The notes under the pieces were generated by a model. That model was not told the DNA's origin. It did not search any database and saw only the letters and a list, made by a program, of their open reading frames with translations. The translations under genes and the position numbers were made by a program. From Catajapyx aquilonaris (taxonomy: Eukaryota), in the NCBI GenBank assembly GCA_000934665.2, contig KZ538317.1:62001-91523 (forward strand): 29,523 nt of DNA, in the 5' to 3' direction. Shown in pieces: positions 21,700 to 29,523 of this stretch. The first letter of the stretch is position 1, and the number at the start of each line of letters is the position of its first letter.

Positions 21700-22220
21700 T
21701 GTACGAGAGAAAAATGGAGGGGGTTGAAAACCGATGCGAAAAAAAAAAAAATTGGGCGTTGGTCAGACGGTGGTGTGGCAAAAAGTACTAATAAAGCGAA
21801 TTCCCCCGCTGGTTGGTAGCCGGACGCAGGATAAACTGACTGCTTGGCCTGTTACAAAGTATATTTTGCCACGACTTGGACTGGAATGAAGCCGCCGAAA
21901 GCAAACCTTCACCTCACTCGGCCCCCACAGCTTCGGGTGGTGACGTCACAACATTCCCCCCTCCTCTGCTTCCAGGGGGGGGGGGNTGGGAAAAGGTGGA
22001 GGGGATTTGGAGGCGCCTGGTTGGGTGTTGGCAGGGGGTAGGGACGACCAGGTTTTAGTGGAGGCTGGCGCACAAGCAGAATGGGGGGAGGCGAGGGGTG
22101 GGGAGGGGGGCGGACGGCATTTCTCACGATACCCTCGCACGCAGGGGTTGATTCGGGATTAAATTTTTGTGAAAGTAGCCAAGTGCGTAGATTATGTGTC
22201 ACGGAAGGTTGAGTCACGGC
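21700..22220 (-). promoter_or_regulatory. Probable promoter/5' region of the ZC3H4-like gene
   Basis: CpG-rich, G-tract-rich; perfect CRE TGACGTCA at 21941-21948, GC box near 22105-22113, AP-1-like TGAGTCA at 22210-22216. Confidence 0.55.
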
Positions 22221-22755
22221 ATGACAAAATTTGTGACATGGGTTGGGCTGCATATGAATAAACTATTTTCAGAGTGGCTGTCATTTTTTAAAAAATATAT
22301 ATATAGGGCGATTATTGTAGACTGTGACAATAGGAAATTGCATAGGCTATGTATATGACGGTGCAGAAATTTTTGCCGGACAGTACCGAGACTGTACTGG
22401 ATAAACAGGCTGAAGATAATACCCAGACATTATGTCGTGTTGCTATCAGTGTCCTGTTGAATATGAATACAGTGCACCGTGCTCTTTAATGGAACAATTA
22501 GCGGGTGCTTGTTTGTAGCCTCCGAGTATGAATGTGATATGTTTCTTGAATGTGCGGTAAACAGCGCTGTCACAGTATGAATATTTACAGGGCGTTCATC
22601 TGATCCGCGGAGAGCTAAACTGCTCTTTGTTTGATATGCCTTGTCAGTGTTATCGCACATATGTATCAGGCTATCCGACCATATTGCGTAGGTTCATTGT
22701 TACACAGCATCGACAAGATATATGCACAGAAAAGTGTTGTTGAACTTTCATAATA

Positions 22756-22904
22756 ATGGGGGTGGATTCATCATATGCCGTAAATCAAATTTTCGTCGTA
22801 ACCGGTCGTAACCTCGTAACCATGTAGTCAGTTAATTATTAGTAATTATATGGTACGTTATACGAAAATTTGACTTACGACATTTGATGAATCCATCATC
22901 CCAT
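22756..22904. mobile_element. Short palindromic element, probable decayed MITE
   Basis: Arms TGGATTCATCATATGCCGTAAATCAAATTTTCGT (22763-22796) and ACGAAAATTTGACTTACGACATTTGATGAATCCA (22862-22895), 31 of 34 complementary; target duplication unclear. Confidence 0.7.
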
Positions 22905-23599
22905 GATATTCTTCAACTTTATTCATTCATTCAACATTCCCTGTAGCTTGGAGAATAATTGTTGAAATAAGGTAATCTTGTAAATGGCAAAGTTCATTGC
23001 CGTCAGGAATATACTTTTCAAGAAAAGTACTACTATAGGTATGGGATGCAAATGAGACTCATAATACAATCATAAGCGGGAGAAATGGAGGGAGTAGCAC
23101 TTACAAATCATAGACAAATATGGGCGAAAATAAATATTCACTGCATATCTCGTATTACTTATAACAATTATTGCCAGTCATCAGAAACGCACCAGGATAC
23201 GTATGTAAATGTATACCAGTAGGCCTATACGTATTCTAGGAAACAGTTTGCCTGCAGTGCAGTGTTTTGTGTAGGACTGTAGGCGACACAATATAGTGCC
23301 GGATGTGTAAAGTTTGTTGACACTATCAAATAAGTCGATATATCCGCATTGTAACAAACCGCATTCAATATATCGACTGGTCCCTCATTCTTTCTAAGGT
23401 TAAGTGAACTCTGATTTGCAATAAAGTGCGAGTGAAAATAGAAGTCCATGCCCTTCTAGGCAATGCAAATCAGGAGGGGAAAAGCCAGGTCGGTTACAGC
23501 TAGGGTAAATCCAGGTGTTGTTTTTCTTCTTTCTTTCTTTCTTTCTCCCCACAAAACCGTTGCGACAGTGTCATGGAAATGTGCACCCACCTTTTATTT

Positions 23600-24124
23600 T
23601 TGCTCTACAGTGTGCAGGAAGTGATAGTGGGGGGACCCGTGCAGCGAGGCTAGAGGACGTCCTTGGGGCGTGAGATCAATGCTGCGGCACACATGCCACG
23701 TCCACACTGCGATTTGCAAACTCAGGATGATAACAAGGGAAGGGCTTGATGCCTGAGAAGGATCCTTTTATTCCCACTGCAGACGCGCCATTCACCGGTG
23801 TTGGGCTGTTGGCGGGCAGGTGGCAGCACCGTCCGTACAGGGTGATATGGCGGTGTTATGATATGTGAATGAGGACGCCGAATGGCACCGCGGGGGCATA
23901 GACCCTGACAGGTGCCGGGGACTGGGGGCAGCACCTGGGGCACAGTCAGGGCGAGACCAGGGGCGGACCCAGGGGCCGAGCACCCACTCCTGCTCTCCAT
24001 CCAGAGGGTGTCCCACGTGACAGGAGGCTGGATTCAAAATGGCGGCCGGTTTTTTGAAATGAGGCAGAAATAGCTGGAAGAGGTGGACTGGTGTTGTGGA
24101 CTGTTGGAGAGAGGCTGGTGGGGC
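23600..24124 (+). promoter_or_regulatory. Probable JMJD6 promoter/5' UTR
   Basis: CpG-rich; GC box GGGGCGGA near 23960, E-box CACGTG 24014-24019, YY1/Pho-like AAAATGGCGGC 24036-24046. Confidence 0.6.
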
Positions 24125-24179
24125 ATGGACCACAGGGCCAGGAAGAGGATCAGGGAGGCCAAGAGGAAGGCCAGGCCAG
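24125..24179 (+). CDS. JMJD6: JMJD6 coding exon 1 (not in ORF track)
   Basis: ggcATGg; [21 protein letters not shown]|gtagtg donor, phase 1. Confidence 0.92.
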
Positions 24180-27100
24180 GTAGTGGAGCCCTGGGGTGAC
24201 TCCTTGGACTGGGAGGGTGGTTGACATGTACCGCTTTTTCCCCTCCCAGAGCTGAATTCAAAGGGGACCTGGACCGAGCTGGGTTATGCGCAGAGGACGG
24301 AGCCTCTGACAGCTGGGCTGCAGGACTGCACGGAGAGGGTGCACTGCAAGGAGCTCTCCGTGGATGAGTTCGTGGAGCAGTTTGAGAGGCCGTACAAGCC
24401 ATGCGTTATACTGGGATTGCAGGACGAGTGGAAGGCACGGCACAAGTGGACTCTCGAGGTATAAAGCATGGCCAGGGAAGGGCCGGAAAATCTGACGCTA
24501 GTGGACATTTTTGGGACAATGGGCAGGGTGCCTATTGGGTATGGAAGGTTCTGGAACATGTCCCCAGGGAGAAGATCAGAACTCGCATCTTCAATATTGT
24601 TGCTGTCAAAGTCTTGCATTTTTCCGATTTTGTTTCAGTTAGCCAGTTAGCTAGTTAGCTAGTTTCAGTGTACGTTTGTCTCTGTAGCTGGGATGCCTGT
24701 CCTGTGACGTATTATTCATGCGTACTGGTCTGTTCAGCAGCGCCAGGGCGACATACACATATACTTCTTGTCAGTGCAGGAGTGACAAGAAATTGGAGAA
24801 TAAAATACATGGGGCCAAACACACCCCTGCAGCATCTGTTGAGGCTTGTAATAATTTAAATCGGCGCATGGTATGGCAAGAGGGTCCCGTGAATGGCCTC
24901 AGGATCAAGCCTAGACACTACATGATGTTACTCACTAGATTAGTCACATGTGGTCCCTCAGATGACAACACACGCAATTCTTTGGCAGATTCTTGCAAAA
25001 ACAAAAAAAAACCACCCGTCTAATTAGGGTTAAAGGAAGAAGGGTGTCTGAAATGCTCTGGCAGAAGTTTAGAGAACTCAGTGAAGCCTGAGTGTTTCTC
25101 CACAAAGTAATATTATTCTCTGGCTTTTCATATTTCAATTATCTGGTAATGAGAAGAAAAGTGAAAGGTGCTAGCAAATGACCCGATCAATTGCTTTGTG
25201 TCAGTTTGTGAAAACTAGGTAACTTTTAACGAGTCTCCTTTACCATTGCTGGAAAAAAGTACAGTAAAACTTCTACAAGTCGAATCTCCATGGGACCGGG
25301 AAAACACATCTAGTTATAGAAGATTCGAGTTAGAGAAGTTCGGATTTTTTAAAGCACAGAACTCTATAAGGAAGCCTACCTTTATATCCAGTGACAAAAG
25401 GTGTTCAAAACTTAAAAACTACTGTCACCATCACAGTTACAATGTTCCTCATTGTTTTGTTGTAAAAGAAACTCTCCATTACGGACATTTGCCTACTCCT
25501 AAATTCAAGGATTCAATTTTCACAATGAAGCCAAACACTTCTTTCGGTACGTCTGGTAGAAGGAGATCAGGAAATTGAGCCTTTCTGCATACATGTGGTC
25601 TACTCTCGACCCTTTGGCTGGGAAATGAGAAAATATTATCCGTACTCATCAACATGAACTTCGACTTAGGGAGACTGAAAATGCGTTGATATCCAATCGT
25701 AAGGCCCTGCCTGCACTTCGAGTGAGAGAAATTCGAGTTAGGCAGGTTTATTTCCTATTACATTGGGGCCGTCCAGACGGGCCAACCTTAGCCACGGCTT
25801 GTCGAGGCCGCGACGGTTCACACGGCAACGGCCACGGCTCAGAAGTTGGCCAAGTTGGCCGACTTCCTGGAAGTTGGCTCGCTGCTTGGCCACGGCTTGG
25901 CCTCGGCGATGGATACTGCGCGTCACTTGTTTTTCGTCGCTGCCATGACTACCGGCCACTATTACAAATGCGGGTGCCTGTTATTAAAATATGTGCCCGT
26001 CTGAACGGGTACAGTGGCCAGCCGTGGCTCCGCAAGCCAGGGCTGACGCCAGGGCCGCGGCCAGCCGCGGCTAAGGTTGGCCCATCTGGACGGCCCCATT
26101 GTGACCAACCAAGCTCATAATTTTTCTTCGACTTATAGAGAACTTCAACTTAGGGAAGTTCGACTTATAGAAGTTTTACTGTAAAGTAAAATACAGTGGT
26201 GCCTCGTTCTTTGAACTTAATTCTTTCCAGGGGGTCATTCGAAGTCTGATTCAATTTTCTCCATGAGATACCATGGAAAGTGAATTAATCCGTTCCCAGG
26301 CCGTAAAAAAACAGCCATAATAATACAGGGTGGTCCAACTTCAAGTGTCGTTTTATAACGGCGATTAATAGCAGTGATTTTGCGATGACGTAGCAGCGAC
26401 GTGTAAAATGTCCCTCTTCGGCGCCATCGAAAATATTAGCTGCCAATAGCAGCACACATGTAATCAACCCTGCTGCTGGGTTGACCTGGAAAAAAGGAGG
26501 TGCACACATGACCTGCGATGCGCCTGGGTGAAATGGGTGACGTCCAACTCCAAGGCACCAGATTGGCATTGGTGCCGCATGTGGTTGCACAGGGTTCATT
26601 ACATGTGTGCAGCAAATATTTTCGATGGCGCCGAAGTGGGCCATTTTACACGTGGCTGCTACGATAATCGTAAAGCACTTCTATAAATAGCCGTTATAAA
26701 ACGACACTTGAAGTTGGACCATCCTGTATAATAAATTTAAAAATGCATTTTCTGTACCAGTGAGGAGTAGTGATGTGGCTGGTAGAGAGGAAGGTGAAGA
26801 AGAGAAAGGGTCCATTATACCATACATAATCAATCTAATCAATCAAAATAAAGAGATTAAAGCACTGAAAAAACATGAGGGTAACACAAGATTATTATGC
26901 TTTCACAGCCAGAGCGAGAGACGACTGGGGCGCAAAACATATGGTCTTTATGCATTTTTTCATAGTGCGAGTAGTTCGAACTTAGAAGCATTGTTACGGT
27001 CTTCAGCACGAAATATTTCATTTTTAGTTATCACGTATTTTCCTCTATTAGCATATTCAGTTTCATCCTGATCCGTCATTATCACCTGCGATATGTCCCT

Positions 27101-28984
27101 TGTCAGTATGCCTGCACCCATAGTAAAATTCTAGGTAGTTCAGATAACTGAGAAACAATTGTATTAATATTAATGCTGCTAATATTTAAATACTGTTTGC
27201 ATGTACCATTGCAGAGGCTTGTGAAGAAGTATCGTAATCAGAAGTTCAAGTGTGGTGAGGACAATGATGGTTATTCAGTGAAGATGAAGATGAAGTACTA
27301 TGTGCAGTACTTGCAGAGCACGACAGATGACAGTCCACTCTACATATTTGACAGCAGTTATGGAGAGGTGTGTGAGAAGGAGGTAAAATGACATGTAGCA
27401 TGTTTGAGTTACAATGTTCATTATTTTCCAGCATCCACGCAGAAAGAAACTCCTGGAGGACTACGAGGTGCCAAAGTATTTCTCTGATGATCTCTTCAAA
27501 TACGCTGGTGAGGAGAGGAGGCCACCTTATCGTTGGTTCGTGATGGGGCCTTCAAGAAGTGGCACTGGAATTCACATTGACCCACTCGGCACTTCTGCTT
27601 GGAATGCACTTGTCTTTGGTCACAAGAGGTGTGTGGCAAAGGTTTTCATTCACTACTGGATTGCTTGTAGTTATGAATCAGTGCAATCAAGACCAGTTGA
27701 CATGTTGATGCTGTGCAGGCTGGATTTGCTGAATGCCAAATTGTGTTGTGTTAGTGTAAATATGTGGCATGCTGTACCATATTATAAACTCATCATGGCA
27801 TGTTGCCCTTATGGAAGCTTCTAAGCTACACCTGCATTGTTGGAGTGGAGGAGTTCATGAAGAGAAAACAAACTTGGTGATAGTACAGGGTTGTGTGCTT
27901 TAATCTGGACAATTAATGGTGCTATTCTTGGGGAAAAAACAATAACTGCTCACGACAACAGATTAAGATAAAATAATAATATTCTACCCTGTGATAGGCA
28001 TCCTGGCCTTTTAGGGATCATCTTTTCCTACCTTTTATTCATTTGTTCTGCTGTGCTGTGTTGAATATTGAACAGCTCTCGACCCAACCTAATAAAACCT
28101 ACCTTTTGAGATGTTTGCACAAACACAAACTTCACTGAAATTCCTGTTCATAGCTTGTAGGGTCATGGGATTGCACCAATCAACCATCCTGCTGAACAGC
28201 ATGGCATGAAGCACCCATTTGTAATCAGGAGTTCAGGACTAATGCATAGATCATTCCTTCCTGCTGGGCTGTGGTTCTTTTCTACTGCACTATTGCCTAA
28301 AAATCAGGTCCTGCAGATATCCTTGCCTCATCCTGGATAACTGCACAATGTACCACTTCAAGAGTCATTTTTAATATTGCACATATTGTAGGACATGAAA
28401 CTAAAGCAAATGCATTCTTTTCTGTAGAACGTGATGGCCTTAATTAGTTATTGGAAACTTGCTGTAATTGACTGGTATTGCCTGGGTATGCACACTGAAG
28501 TTTTTACGAGCACATTACCTGCGAAACCAAGAAATAGATTAGGAGTAACCACAGAAACGCTGACTTTTTTCTTACAGGTGGTGCCTGTTTCCTACACACA
28601 CACCTAAAGAACTTATTAAATTGTCATCGACAGAAGGTGGTAAACAGCAGGATGAGGCCATCTCTTGGTTCTCCGTCATCTACCCTCGGACCAAAGAGCC
28701 CTGGTGGCCACAGGACTGCAAGCCAGTGCGTATTGCATGGAGTCATTATTGATGCTGTGCTATAAGATGACCATATTTTCTCTGCAAATCACCAGGTAGA
28801 GATCCTGCAGAAGCCTGGGGAGACTGTGTTCGTGCCTGGTGGGTGGTGGCATGTCGTTCTCAATCTGGACAACACTGTCGCTGTTACACAGAACTTTTGC
28901 AGCCGGACAAATTTCCCTGTGGTCTGGCACAAGACGGTCAGGGGGAGGCCGAAGTTGTCCAGGAAGTGGCTTAGGGTTCTTAAG
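24125..28984 (+). CDS. JMJD6: JmjC oxygenase JMJD6/PSR (arginine demethylase / lysyl hydroxylase), 3'-partial; join(24125..24179,24250..24458,27215..27367,27432..27628,28578..28725,28796..28984)
   Basis: [21 protein letters not shown]-terminus, [38 protein letters not shown], Fe ligands [11 protein letters not shown] and [11 protein letters not shown]-hook-like VRGRPK; phases consistent across all six exons. Confidence 0.96.
24250..24458 (+). CDS. JMJD6: JMJD6 coding exon 2 (not in ORF track)
   Basis: cctcccag|AG; ...[21 protein letters not shown]...HKWTLE; GAG|gtataa donor. Confidence 0.93.
25262..26181. mobile_element. Tc1/mariner-superfamily (pogo/Tigger-like) non-autonomous MITE, interrupted by a nested element
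   Basis: TIRs CAGTAAAACTTCTACAAGTCGAA / TTCGACTTATAGAAGTTTTACTG (22 of 23 match), TA on both flanks, subterminal TTCGASTTA repeats. Confidence 0.88.
25765..26097. mobile_element. PIF/Harbinger-like (Tourist-type) MITE, 333 bp
   Basis: TIR GGGGCCGTCCAGACGGGCCAACCTTAGCCACGGCT (33 of 35 match to the right end, decaying further to ~45 bp); 3-bp target duplication ATT at 25762-25764 and 26098-26100. Confidence 0.88.
26194..26995. mobile_element. Truncated Tigger-like element remnant hosting the 26326-26726 MITE
   Basis: TA|CAGTGGTGCCTCG left end typical of pogo/Tigger termini, TTCGAA motifs at both ends of the span; no matching right TIR found, right boundary approximate. Confidence 0.45.
26326..26726. 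mobile_element. Tc1/mariner-type foldback MITE, 401 bp, long TIRs
   Basis: TA|CAGGGTGGTCCAACTTCAAGTGTCGTTTTATAACGGC ... GCCGTTATAAAACGACACTTGAAGTTGGACCATCCTG|TA; inverted similarity continues for roughly 120-145 bp. Confidence 0.9.
27215..27367 (+). CDS. JMJD6: JMJD6 coding exon 3
   Basis: ttgcag|[22 protein letters not shown]...DSSYGE; GAG|gtgtgt. Confidence 0.95.
27432..27628 (+). CDS. JMJD6: JMJD6 coding exon 4 (HxD motif)
   Basis: ttttccag|[26 protein letters not shown]|gtgtgt, phase 2. Confidence 0.95.
28578..28725 (+). CDS. JMJD6: JMJD6 coding exon 5 (not in ORF track)
   Basis: ttcttacag|[21 protein letters not shown]...[17 protein letters not shown]|gtgcgt. Confidence 0.94.
28796..28984 (+). 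CDS. JMJD6: JMJD6 coding exon 6 (distal His, AT-hook-like motif)
   Basis: caccag|[28 protein letters not shown]...[11 protein letters not shown]; probable AAG|gcaagt donor. Confidence 0.9.
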
Positions 28985-29125
28985 GCAAGTCCCATTTTGG
29001 ACACCACTAGTTGAATTATTAGGCTCACTAAAATGAGGTGGCCTTCTTGATGGTAATCTGCTAGTTATTGGCTTAAAAATTCAAGTTTTCCCTTGAGTTG
29101 TCTCCTTCATTTCATTTTATTTTAT

Positions 29126-29523
29126 TAGTATAGTCAATAAGTTCACGTCCCAGCCGCGGGAGGCCGGCAGGTGACACGGAGACAGCTGCTGCTGTGGTTG
29201 GCTGTGAGGTACATTAGCAGTCACCAACCTGGCCAAGAGTGAACTCAGTGTGCTGCGTAATAGCTGCGGTACACAGTCGAAAAATGTCGTTCACCATATC
29301 AGGCGCGTCCAAGGCGGACGAACGGGCAGTAATTCAGTTTCTGTGTGCAGAGGGAGCGGGACCGAAGGAGATTCATACACTCATGAGGGCTGTGTATGGA
29401 GACACTTGCGTGGCGTACTCGACAGTGAAGGACTGGGTACGCCATTTCCGCAGTGGTCGACAAGGCGCTTGTCCATTGACAGGATTGCTGAGCAGGCTTG
29501 CATCGTTGGAGGCGGTATCAGGT
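29126..29523 (+). mobile_element. Mariner element, 5' part with degenerate transposase (runs off the window)
   Basis: ATG at 29284: MSFTISGASKADERAVIQFLCAEGAGPKEIHTLMRAVYGDTCVAYSTVKDWVRHFRSGR resembles the Mos1-type first HTH; GTCAATAAGTT near the presumed left TIR; left boundary approximate. Confidence 0.85.

Noticed and set aside
25275..26170. Recurring TTCGASTTA motifs superficially resembling a spaced repeat array
   Set aside because: Irregular spacing and location inside a TA-flanked element; these are Tigger-type subterminal repeats, not CRISPR.
25686..26644. ORFs of 61-144 aa in JMJD6 intron 2
   Set aside because: They lie within palindromic MITEs and show no transposase motifs.

Overview
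Eukaryotic (metazoan, most likely arthropod) genomic DNA carrying three intron-containing RNA-metabolism genes that can be reconstructed exon by exon with consistent splice phases: PUS3-like tRNA pseudouridine(38/39) synthase (+, 5 exons, 10544-14007, 465 aa), a ZC3H4/ZC3H6/Suppressor-of-sable-like triple-CCCH protein (-, 7 exons, 21570-15129, about 886 aa) and JMJD6/PSR (+, 6 exons visible from 24125, 3' end outside the window, apparent GC splice donor). PUS3 and the ZC3H4-like gene are tail-to-tail; the ZC3H4-like gene and JMJD6 are head-to-head. JMJD6 intron 2 holds a nest of MITEs and the window ends in a degenerate mariner transposase. The first ~10 kb is AT-rich, without convincing coding exons, and contains a candidate hairpin with a let-7-like arm. 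Most ORFs of the supplied track are shadows or chance ORFs. No prokaryote-type system (CRISPR, operon) is present, and I cannot demonstrate a wholly new system; the findings are testable candidates.
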